NCBI GenBank assembly: GCA_017410505.1 | Contig: JAFQQR010000027.1 | Coordinates: 31,461-95,460, forward strand | Direction: 5' to 3' | Length of the DNA: 64,000 nucleotides | Origin: Clostridia bacterium | Lineage (GTDB): Bacteria > Bacillota > Clostridia > TANB77 > CAG-508 | Shown: in pieces, positions 19,712-28,396 of the stretch | Position numbering within the stretch: position 1 is the stretch's first letter | How the letters are laid out: each line of letters begins with the position of its first letter | Notes under the pieces: generated by a model | Told to the model about the DNA's origin: nothing | Database searches by the model: none | What the model saw: only the letters and a program-made list of their open reading frames with translations | Translations under genes and position numbers: made by a program

Positions 19712-21325
19712 CTATCCTCCTATACAATTTAACTCATAAAAATTAAAGTGAATTAGTACATTTTTATCCTTATCTATTTCAATTTTATTAACTAATTGTT
19801 GTACATCTTCTTTTTTTAGCTCATTTTTATTAGCTATCTTTTCAATTACATTTTGTATTTTATCTTCCATTTTTTTATCATCATATTTTTTATCAAATTC
19901 TTTGATTTCTTCTTGTGTAATTTCTTTTAATTTTTCTAGTTTATGTCTTTCTTTTATCATATTTTCTGAAAAACATATATAATCTTGTTCTTCTATTAAT
20001 CCGCCCAATTTATCATTATATAATGTAGAAATCTTTTTGTTTAAAATATTTAATTGAGTATTGATTTGTTCTATCTTTTCTTCTAATTTCCCTTTGTTAT
20101 TTTGAGATTTTATCAAATTCTCTAATAAGTGTTTATTATTAAAAACATTTGACGTTATATATTCTCTAAATATATTTGATATTTTATTTAATATTTTTTC
20201 CTCCAATCTATCATAATTCACATATTGTCTATAACATATTTTGTTAGTTACTTCTCTTGTTGCTGTACTACAAATAATATATCTTCTAATTGTTACTTTA
20301 TCTTTGTATTTGTCTTTCTTTTTAACAATTTGTAGCTTATTCTGACAATGATAACAATATAGTAACGATTTTAGTAATGGATCTTCTTCTTTTATTTTTT
20401 CTCCTATATATTTTTTAAACAAGGATTGAACCATATTCCATGTTTCTATATCAATAATGGCTGGATGATGATTTTCAGTAATAGTATGTTGGCTTTCAGG
20501 TAATGTAATCATTTTCTTGCTTTTATAACTAATCTTTTTTCTTTTATTTTGAACAACTGTACCTATATATATTGGATTTGTTAAAATTCTTTTTATTGTT
20601 GTATGTCTCCAAATATTAGTAGTATTTGTTATATTGTTTACTACTCCTGTCATGTTCATGGATAAACCTGGCGTAACTACTTTTTCTTTGTTTAATAATT
20701 GTGCAATTTGATATGTTCCTTTTCCTCCAATAAACTCTTTAAATATTTTCCTTACTATATCTGCAGTCACTTCATTAATCTTTAGATTCCCTGCTTTATC
20801 TATTTTTGTATATCCAAATGGTGCATAACTTGTATAATAGAAGCCTTCTTGTTTTTTTCTATTTTTAGTTTTTTTTATGTTTTTAGATGTTTCTTTAGCA
20901 TAAAAATCATTCATTATATTTTTAAACGCAACTGTATCACAGTTCTTATCCAAATATGTATCCACATCATCTAATATCGCAATGTAACGAATTTCGTTTT
21001 CTGGAAAAAATGTTTCAATATATCTCCCTGTTTCTATGTAATCTCTTCCTAATCTTGCAAGGTTTTTTGTGATTACCATATTTACTTTTCTAGTTTCTAT
21101 ATCTTTAATCATTCTTTTGAAATTTGGTCTATTAAAATTAGTTCCACTATATCCATCATCAATATATTCATCATAAATGTTGTAATTATTTTCTTTCACA
21201 AATTCTTTTAATATTTTTCTTTGATTCGTTATACTTTCACTTTCCTCCTTATCTCCATCATCTTTACTTAATCTCATGTATAAAGCTACCGTATAACTTT
21301 TATTATCAAAGTTACTCGCTTCCAA
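19712..21325 (-). CDS. Large serine recombinase, second tandem copy
   Basis: VALYMRLSKDDGDKEESESITNQR...YIDDGYSGTNFNRPNFKRM...VITKNLARLGRDY. 537 aa. Confidence 0.9.
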   Translation of the reverse strand: MEASNFDNKSYTVALYMRLSKDDGDKEESESITNQRKILKEFVKENNYNIYDEYIDDGYSGTNFNRPNFKRMIKDIETRKVNMVITKNLARLGRDYIETGRYIETFFPENEIRYIAILDDVDTYLDKNCDTVAFKNIMNDFYAKETSKNIKKTKNRKKQEGFYYTSYAPFGYTKIDKAGNLKINEVTADIVRKIFKEFIGGKGTYQIAQLLNKEKVVTPGLSMNMTGVVNNITNTTNIWRHTTIKRILTNPIYIGTVVQNKRKKISYKSKKMITLPESQHTITENHHPAIIDIETWNMVQSLFKKYIGEKIKEEDPLLKSLLYCYHCQNKLQIVKKKDKYKDKVTIRRYIICSTATREVTNKICYRQYVNYDRLEEKILNKISNIFREYITSNVFNNKHLLENLIKSQNNKGKLEEKIEQINTQLNILNKKISTLYNDKLGGLIEEQDYICFSENMIKERHKLEKLKEITQEEIKEFDKKYDDKKMEDKIQNVIEKIANKNELKKEDVQQLVNKIEIDKDKNVLIHFNFYELNCIGG

Positions 21326-21402
21326 ATTTCCTCCCTTCTTTGTAATTATCTATGCCTAATTATTACTACATTTATTTCTATATTTAAAGTCAAGAAAAAA
21401 CT

Positions 21403-21588
21403 TTAATTAGATTCATTCATTTTTCTTATTATTATGTTTTCAGCAATTGACTGGAAACTTTGTCCATGTTCAGCATAAGTTACAATAATGTTATAATCTT
21501 CTTTCTTCTTGTTTTTTTCTTTTGTTTTAATTATGTTTTCACTTTCTTCCATAGCTTTCACCTCAATTAAATCTATGATTAAAAACAA
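21403..21588 (-). CDS. Small hypothetical protein; candidate recombination directionality factor, speculative
   Basis: 61-aa ORF directly upstream of the recombinases. No motif. Confidence 0.25.
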   Translation of the reverse strand: MFLIIDLIEVKAMEESENIIKTKEKNKKKEDYNIIVTYAEHGQSFQSIAENIIIRKMNESN

Positions 21589-21715
21589 AAGAATATTATA
21601 AAAAAGAAGCTTAGTTTTGTACTAAACCTCTACTATACATTTCCTCCACTCTTTCTTTAACTTTTTCCATCTATATTCTCCTTAATACTCAATATCCTAA
21701 GTTTTATAGATTATT

Positions 21716-22687
21716 TTAATTATCTATGCCATATTGTTTTAATAGCCATTTTAAAGGTTCTTCTCCATCTTTTACTTCCTCTACTCTAGATAATAAATCA
21801 TTATACACATCTTTATTTTTTTTGTATAAATATGTAACCATTAGCTTTCTGTCATCTTTTTTCCCATTATGGATTCTTTTATGACAATTCGGACATAAAT
21901 TAATAATGTTCTTCGGATTATCTATTATTTCCTTTGGAAATTTTTTATCTTTTCTTCCATTACACTGTTCTATCAAATGGTGTGCTTCATAATAATTCAT
22001 TCCATTTTCTTTTTGAAATGTATTATGGTTTGCATCTTTTAAGCCTTTGCAATTTTCTAAAGTACATTTAGACATTTTATTCATATCCTCTGCTAATTGT
22101 TCAAGACTATAATTTTTATATTTTTTCGAATTACAAGCTTTCTCCAAGTCTTCTATTAATTTTCTTTGATAATACTCTTCTAACTTATTATCGTTATTTT
22201 TTTGTAATAAATCTTCTTTTAAATGCTGTTTTCCCTGCAAATTATTTATACCATATTTATTGAATAAAGCTTCTTGTGAAAATTTTTCTTTATCACTATT
22301 TACACATAGTGCATTTTCGAATTTTAGTCTTATTGCTGGAATTTTATCTATTTCTCCTTTTAACATTTTTTCTTCTTCCTCAGGAGTTTCACAGTAAAGA
22401 CAATCTTTCTCTAAGACTCTACATTTAATTAAAATTCTATTAATTCTATCAGGCAAATTCGTGTAATAAATATATACTATATCATCTTCTTCTACTTTTA
22501 AATCTCTTTTTACTTTACCATTTTTCCATAAAATTCCTTCATAATCTTTACCTTTATCTTCATTAAGTAATTTATCAAAATCAAACTCTTCAAAATTACC
22601 TAAAATCAGATGATGTTTATAATGTTCTTTTTTACCTTTTTTTTCAGTTTCGAATTTTGCTTTACTTATTTTTTTTATATCACTCAT
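21716..22687 (-). CDS. HNH endonuclease with a tentative N-terminal PUA/EVE-like domain; candidate modification-dependent (type IV-like) restriction enzyme
   Basis: C-terminal HNH: YEAHHLIEQ...NIINLCPNCHKRIHNG. The N-terminal region GILWKNGKVKRDLKVEEDDIVYIYYTNLPDRINRILIKCRV resembles the PUA/EVE fold pattern. No search was possible. Confidence 0.55.
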   Translation of the reverse strand: MSDIKKISKAKFETEKKGKKEHYKHHLILGNFEEFDFDKLLNEDKGKDYEGILWKNGKVKRDLKVEEDDIVYIYYTNLPDRINRILIKCRVLEKDCLYCETPEEEEKMLKGEIDKIPAIRLKFENALCVNSDKEKFSQEALFNKYGINNLQGKQHLKEDLLQKNNDNKLEEYYQRKLIEDLEKACNSKKYKNYSLEQLAEDMNKMSKCTLENCKGLKDANHNTFQKENGMNYYEAHHLIEQCNGRKDKKFPKEIIDNPKNIINLCPNCHKRIHNGKKDDRKLMVTYLYKKNKDVYNDLLSRVEEVKDGEEPLKWLLKQYGIDN

Positions 22688-22710
22688 AATTATTTCCTTT
22701 AAATTTCATT

Positions 22711-22783
22711 ATTTTAAATATTTATCTCTATTTTAAATATTTATCTCTATTTTAAATATTTATCTCTATTTTAAATATTTATT
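22711..22783. repeat. 19-bp direct tandem repeat ATTTTAAATATTTATCTCT, 3 full copies plus 1 partial, between the WYL gene 3' end and the HNH gene start
   Basis: Read directly from the sequence. The copies are contiguous with no spacers, so this is not CRISPR. Confidence 0.85.
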
Positions 22784-23758
22784 ACTTGCATCCTCTATTA
22801 TTTTAATTATTTCACTTCTTAGATTTATAGGTTTTTTTACTTCTACTAGATCTAAATTTCTCATAGCCCATAGTTTAAATCCAAAAGGATTTACTTTAAG
22901 CTTCATTTTAAAACTATCTTTATTGATTGGTGCTATTTCTACATTTTTGCCAAATTTCTCAATTACTTCTCCTAACAAATATTCATTGCATTCCGCTTCT
23001 ATTTCTACCTCATCACCACTAAATACCTCTACAGATGTATCTGCATATTGTTCTATATCCTTTTCAGATTTACTTATTTTTATTATCTCTGCTAGTTCTT
23101 TTAAATTTTTTATTCTATCTAGTCTATAATGATAAAACTCTTTATTTCCATCTTTTATTGCTAACATGTAGAATTGCTGTTTATCATATATTATAGCATA
23201 AGGAGAAACTACAGGGGTACTTACAATTTGTTTTTCCACTCTATCTCCTACTATGCAGTATTTCCAATATTCAAATTTAACTTTATTTTTATTCATTATG
23301 CTATTTGAAATATCTTCAATGTTTTTTATAACTTCAACATTATTTGTTCTTCCTTTTGGAGAATATACTCTATAATTTTTAATCTTTTCATTTTCATATA
23401 CATTTTGTAAGTTCTTACATTTTCTTATTATTCCTTTGGCCATTCTCTGTTCGATGAATGTAGAATAGCTAAATGTATCAATAATAGCTCTTATCTCTCC
23501 TGGTTCAAAATCTGTTTCTGGATCATTGCTTATGTAATACCCTATTTTGTTATCATTATATGTGCTAATGTCATATCCAAATTTTTGTTGCAAAAGATTA
23601 ATATTTCTTCTTATTGTTCTTGGATCAATATCTTCTCCATATTCTTCTTTGATTTTTTCTTTAAGTTCTGATATTGATAGTTTATGTTCTTCATCACTGT
23701 ATTTTTTTAATACATTTAATATGTATAATATGTTTCCATTTTTTTCGTATAAATCCAT
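22766..23758 (-). CDS. WYL domain-containing transcriptional regulator (HTH-WYL, BrxR/CapW-like)
   Basis: The N-terminal wHTH is YILNVLKKYSDEEHKLSISELKEKIKEEYGEDIDPRTIRRNINLLQ. A central WYL-like region and a C-terminal extension follow. 330 aa. Confidence 0.7.
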   Translation of the reverse strand: MDLYEKNGNILYILNVLKKYSDEEHKLSISELKEKIKEEYGEDIDPRTIRRNINLLQQKFGYDISTYNDNKIGYYISNDPETDFEPGEIRAIIDTFSYSTFIEQRMAKGIIRKCKNLQNVYENEKIKNYRVYSPKGRTNNVEVIKNIEDISNSIMNKNKVKFEYWKYCIVGDRVEKQIVSTPVVSPYAIIYDKQQFYMLAIKDGNKEFYHYRLDRIKNLKELAEIIKISKSEKDIEQYADTSVEVFSGDEVEIEAECNEYLLGEVIEKFGKNVEIAPINKDSFKMKLKVNPFGFKLWAMRNLDLVEVKKPINLRSEIIKIIEDASNKYLK

Positions 23759-23780
23759 ATTTTAATTCTCCTTTGCATTT

Positions 23781-24797
23781 TTAAAATAAATAAAATATTT
23801 TTAACTTTTCTTTAAGTATATTTAAAACTACATTATCAGATTCTTTACTAATAAGAAATTCATATAACTCATTTCTCGCGATTGGAATTATTTTGTTATC
23901 TTTTTCATCTATACATCCATACCCATCTCCTTTCAATCCTGAAAATAAATATATTTTTTCAAATTTATTTTTATCCTTTGCATCATTAAGATAGTCATTA
24001 TACTTAACAATGTTTTTATTTTTCACTTGGCATGTAATGTGTTTATTTGTATCAGTTTTATTAACTAAATCAAATTCATATTTAATTTCATTTTTTTTAC
24101 ATTGTGATGGATATAAAACATAATCTTTATGTTTTTCAATTATATAAGCATATACTAAATCTTCTAAATCAATAGAAGATAATGTACTTGTAAAATTATC
24201 TAAATTTATTTTAATATACGATTTTTTCATTGTATTGTGATATAAATTATATATGAAATGTTTTATTATAGCATTATCATCTGAGTTTGTGGCTATCCTT
24301 TGTATAGTAGAATGTCTTCTTTGTGACATTCTGCCTATAATATGTCCTGGAAGATTATTTTTATTAAATTTTTTCCATTCTTCAACTTTACAATACCAAC
24401 TAAATCTTGAAATAAATTCTATATTACATGGTTCTGCTTTTTCACTTACTTTTCCAATATAATAATTTCCATCTAATAGTCTTGTTATTACATAATCACC
24501 AATTTCTATATTTAGAAAATCTCTTAGTGCAGAATCAGCACTTTTATTAAAAAATTTTTTATATAATTCTCTTATTTTATTTTTATCTTTATTGAGTTTT
24601 ATAAATTCTTTTGCCTTTTTTTGAATATCAAGAAACTTATTATTATCACAATAATTCCATCCCATACCAAATACATTTTGCATATAACATTTTTGTTGAA
24701 ATTCGCTTATTTCATTCATGGATACAGTATTGTTAAATGGTTTTATAAATGTTATCCAATAATTTTTATTTTTATCATAATTTATATTTTCTCTCAT
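23781..24797 (-). CDS. Hypothetical protein with a possible C-terminal PD-(D/E)xK nuclease motif
   Basis: 338 aa. ...EDLVYAYIIEKHKDYVLYP...YEFDLVNK...ITCQVKNK has a D...(E/Q)xK-like arrangement. Weak. Confidence 0.35.
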   Translation of the reverse strand: MRENINYDKNKNYWITFIKPFNNTVSMNEISEFQQKCYMQNVFGMGWNYCDNNKFLDIQKKAKEFIKLNKDKNKIRELYKKFFNKSADSALRDFLNIEIGDYVITRLLDGNYYIGKVSEKAEPCNIEFISRFSWYCKVEEWKKFNKNNLPGHIIGRMSQRRHSTIQRIATNSDDNAIIKHFIYNLYHNTMKKSYIKINLDNFTSTLSSIDLEDLVYAYIIEKHKDYVLYPSQCKKNEIKYEFDLVNKTDTNKHITCQVKNKNIVKYNDYLNDAKDKNKFEKIYLFSGLKGDGYGCIDEKDNKIIPIARNELYEFLISKESDNVVLNILKEKLKIFYLF

Positions 24798-24987
24798 AAT
24801 TTATCTCCTCTTTTTTATTTCAATAATATAATACCTTGCATTTTCTGCATTTTTATTTTCTATATTTTTAGTATTATTGTCATCAAAAATCTTTTTCCAA
24901 ATAGTTCCTTATTTCCATTTATAAATTCCTTAATATATTCTCTTAAATTAAGTTTTTCTTCCATATATATTTCTTCCTTTTCCTTTT

Positions 24988-26505
24988 TTATTTTGCAATC
25001 TCTTTCAATCTCTCCCAAACTTTAACCATAGCATAAGTATCTAACTTGCAATAAACTAACAATCCATTTCTTAGTTGTTCTTGCTCTTCTTTAGATTTTC
25101 CTTTTAAACTCAGAAATGTCTCAGATGCCTCTCCTCCATTATGTACAACTGGCAAATTATTATAGTCAAGTTCTGGATCATTTGGATATAATGCCGGTAA
25201 TACTTTCTTTATTGATGCTGAACCTTGCATTTCTTTCATATAAAACTGTCTCCTTTTGAATGGTGGTAAGAAATCAACCATATTACTATTTATTCTTAAC
25301 AATTCATTTTTCAGATCTGGATATAACTCTGCAAGTTCATTTATTCTTGAATGTTCAAATCCTTTATTATAAACTATAACGCTTCCATTTTCAGGTATGT
25401 CTTTAATCATGTTTTCTGCAAAATGTCTTAGAAAATTTTTATCATCTACCTCTGCTAAAAATTCTTTATGCTGTAGTTCTGCATCTTCTTTTTTAATTAT
25501 ATGAAGTGAATATTGAAAAGGTAGTTGTTGATACGGTTTAGTGTTATCATATTCTGGAATAGCTAATTGAAATGTTTCAAAATCTATGAAATATAAAGGA
25601 TATTTTAGCGAATTTATCAATTCTCTTATAGGTTCAATTTCTATTTTAGGTTCACGATTATTTATTTCAAAATCTATTTGTTCTAAATAAGTTTCATTTA
25701 GATTCTCATGTTGCAAATCTTCAAAAGAAATCTTTCCCTCATAATATTTTTCAAACTTTTTATCTGTATGCATTCCACCTTTTATATCAAATACATTTGG
25801 CTTAGGTAAGTCTTTGGTACAATATTCCCAGTATTCACAACCATACGGTTTTGTACATTGCATACCTATCACTTCTTTTGGTTCATTGTTTTCATCATGT
25901 GTATTCATATATTCATTTATCTGAATAATTCTATCTTTTATTTCTTTTTGTTTTAATACTGCAATTTCAGATATATCTTTAATATTAAATAATTTATCTA
26001 GCTCTAATTCTCCATGCTTTACATATTGATTATTTATATAAACTATACTTACTCTTTTAACAAGATATCCTAGATTACTTAGAACATAATATTGATATGC
26101 TGCATCATCCAAATAAATATCATGTACTTCTGTCGAGCTTTTTACTTCATATATTTCTACACCATCTTCTGTATTTTTCAAAATATCAACACTGCAAAAA
26201 TTATGGTTATATTCAAATGAAGCCTCAGTTATAATATTAGGCACTTTTTTTAGTGCCTCTTTTGTATCTGAAATCATTTTTGATAAATCACTATTAAATT
26301 CAATATTAACATATTCTCCAAATAGTCCTCTAGCTAATTCTCCAACCATAGTTCCGTTCTTAAAAACAGAATCTTTTGCAGATTGTACTTTTTCTTCTTG
26401 TTTATATTTATCCATCCATAATATCTTTTTGCATTGTATTGATTTGCAATATCTTGATTTTGATAAATAAACATTACAAACTATTTTTTCATCAGCCTTA
26501 TCCAT
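24988..26505 (-). CDS. Two-domain nuclease-like protein: N-terminal Cas4/RecB-like PD-(D/E)xK domain with Cys cluster, plus C-terminal DEDD-type 3'-5' exonuclease-like domain (DUF2779-like)
   Basis: The N-terminus is YLSKSRYCKSIQCKKILW. The ExK motif is IYEVKSS. The Cys triad is QCTKPYGCEYWEYC (C-x5-C-x5-C). The C-terminal half carries YFIDFETFQ (Exo I-like D-x-E). Confidence 0.5.
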   Translation of the reverse strand: MDKADEKIVCNVYLSKSRYCKSIQCKKILWMDKYKQEEKVQSAKDSVFKNGTMVGELARGLFGEYVNIEFNSDLSKMISDTKEALKKVPNIITEASFEYNHNFCSVDILKNTEDGVEIYEVKSSTEVHDIYLDDAAYQYYVLSNLGYLVKRVSIVYINNQYVKHGELELDKLFNIKDISEIAVLKQKEIKDRIIQINEYMNTHDENNEPKEVIGMQCTKPYGCEYWEYCTKDLPKPNVFDIKGGMHTDKKFEKYYEGKISFEDLQHENLNETYLEQIDFEINNREPKIEIEPIRELINSLKYPLYFIDFETFQLAIPEYDNTKPYQQLPFQYSLHIIKKEDAELQHKEFLAEVDDKNFLRHFAENMIKDIPENGSVIVYNKGFEHSRINELAELYPDLKNELLRINSNMVDFLPPFKRRQFYMKEMQGSASIKKVLPALYPNDPELDYNNLPVVHNGGEASETFLSLKGKSKEEQEQLRNGLLVYCKLDTYAMVKVWERLKEIAK

Positions 26506-26606
26506 TTATATTACCTCTCTCAAATCATATTAAATATCAAGTATCTTGTAAAGTTGTTTGGTCATATAATGTCTTTACGATTATAATATTATATTTCATC
26601 TTTAGT

Positions 26607-27893
26607 TTAATTTCCTTGATAAGTAAATGTTCCTTCACTTTGTCTATATTGGAATGCATTATTTTTAGTAACATCAAAAGCAGTAAAATCATGTGTATAT
26701 GAATTACTTGGTTCATATGTACTATGATACTTTGTATAAGTGAATTTTATAATCCAAGATTTTGTTGTATCGTAGTCATCTCCGTTTGAAAAATAAACTT
26801 TATATGTCCCCTCAGCTGTATCTGTATATCTTTGATTATATACATTCTTCCAATTGCATATCCATGAGAAAGTTCCATCTTTGTTTATAGTATATGTTCC
26901 TCCTGCAGGAGAATCTTGTTGATCACATACATATTTTCCGTATTTTAGAGTATAATTTCCAACCTTTAATCCTTTAGCAGCTTCCTCCTCTGCCTTTCTT
27001 TTAGCTTCTTCTTCAGCTTTTTTTTGTTCTTCTTCTTGTTTTTTCTTTACTTCTTCTTCAGCTTTTTTAATTTCGTTTTGTTTATCAGTAATTTCTGTTT
27101 CTTTAGTTGCTACTTCTTGTTTTATATTTTCTGTTACTACTTGTTCTTTTGTTTTATAGTCTTTAACCTCTTCAGTTATACTGGCTTTTAACTCTTTGTC
27201 TGATAGATTTTCGTTATATTCCATTGTGTCTATATTTACATCTGTTTTTATAAATACTGTATCGAATTTCGAAATTGATAATTTATTTCCATCTACAGTA
27301 TCAACTGAAATTTCTTCACCTTTCTTAAATGTGTATTCTTTTTGTTCAGTTATTGTATCTTCTGCTTGACTTAAATTTGCTGTGTTTTCACTATTTAACT
27401 CATCACTTTTCATTTTTTCTAATTCTGTTATTCTCTCTGATATTTGTGTCTCTATTGGTTTATATATATCTTCTTCTTGGGTTTGTTTATGTAAATACCA
27501 ATCATATTGTTTTGTCTCAATATTATATAAAAATTCTGCATCTGTTGGTTCTAAGTTTATTATATTATTTACTTCTCCATCATTTATAAAATATATATCT
27601 GAATATTGTTTTTCTTCTTTTTCATATTTTACTATCATTATTGGGTTTTCAACCTCTTCTATATCTACAAATCCTATCTTTGAATTATTTTGAATATTAT
27701 TATTTTCTGAATTTTGAGTAGTATTGCTTTCATTATTTGTTTTTGATTCTTTTAAGAAATTATAATAAGTATTTGCCCATTCCTGTTCTATTGGTTTACT
27801 ATTTTCATAATGTTCATATGCGAAATATCCTCCTACTGATGCTATTATTATTACTACCATAATAAGTATAGCTATTAATATCTTCTTTTTCAC
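26607..27893 (-). CDS. Signal-anchored protein with a K/E-rich coiled-coil segment, hypothetical
   Basis: The N-terminus MKKKILIAILIMVVIIIASVGGYFAY is a TM anchor. The middle region is EEVKKKQEEEQKKAEEEAKRKAEEEAAK. Confidence 0.5.
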   Translation of the reverse strand: MKKKILIAILIMVVIIIASVGGYFAYEHYENSKPIEQEWANTYYNFLKESKTNNESNTTQNSENNNIQNNSKIGFVDIEEVENPIMIVKYEKEEKQYSDIYFINDGEVNNIINLEPTDAEFLYNIETKQYDWYLHKQTQEEDIYKPIETQISERITELEKMKSDELNSENTANLSQAEDTITEQKEYTFKKGEEISVDTVDGNKLSISKFDTVFIKTDVNIDTMEYNENLSDKELKASITEEVKDYKTKEQVVTENIKQEVATKETEITDKQNEIKKAEEEVKKKQEEEQKKAEEEAKRKAEEEAAKGLKVGNYTLKYGKYVCDQQDSPAGGTYTINKDGTFSWICNWKNVYNQRYTDTAEGTYKVYFSNGDDYDTTKSWIIKFTYTKYHSTYEPSNSYTHDFTAFDVTKNNAFQYRQSEGTFTYQGN

Positions 27894-27928
27894 TATTAAC
27901 TCCCCCTTTACATTTTTATTGATTTATA

Positions 27929-28336
27929 CTATTTTAATTTAGTTGCTTTAACGAATACAGGTTTATAACTTTCATAACTTACAGATACTGAATAATACTC
28001 TTCATTTTCTGTATCATAAATTAGTACATATGAAGCACCTACATTGATTAATTGTTCAGAATATCGTAGTGAACCAAACTGACTTTTGGAACTACTTGGA
28101 AGTTCAGTAAATTCTTGTCTAGAAGCATCTATAATTGTATATTTAGTATTATCTTTAAATGCTGATTCGATTGTCCTTACATGATACTCACTTGACTCTT
28201 CTTCTAACTTATCAATAACGGAATTTAATGTTTCTACCACATCTTTTTTCTTATTGATATTTCCACATCTTGTTATAATAAATAACATAACTATTAATAT
28301 TGCTATTATTCCTATTCCTAAAATTTTCTTTTTCAT
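27929..28336 (-). CDS. Small signal-anchored protein, hypothetical
   Basis: MKKKILGIGIIAILIVMLFIITRCG ... 135 aa. Confidence 0.45.
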   Translation of the reverse strand: MKKKILGIGIIAILIVMLFIITRCGNINKKKDVVETLNSVIDKLEEESSEYHVRTIESAFKDNTKYTIIDASRQEFTELPSSSKSQFGSLRYSEQLINVGASYVLIYDTENEEYYSVSVSYESYKPVFVKATKLK

Positions 28337-28396
28337 AAAAATTCCTCCTTAAAAATTTCTATCTGTGTTTTTAATTTCCTACATAATTATAACTAT

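Noticed and set aside
22711-22783. Possible CRISPR array
   Set aside because: The 19-bp units are directly contiguous with no unique spacers, and there are no cas genes. It is a simple tandem repeat or iteron array.
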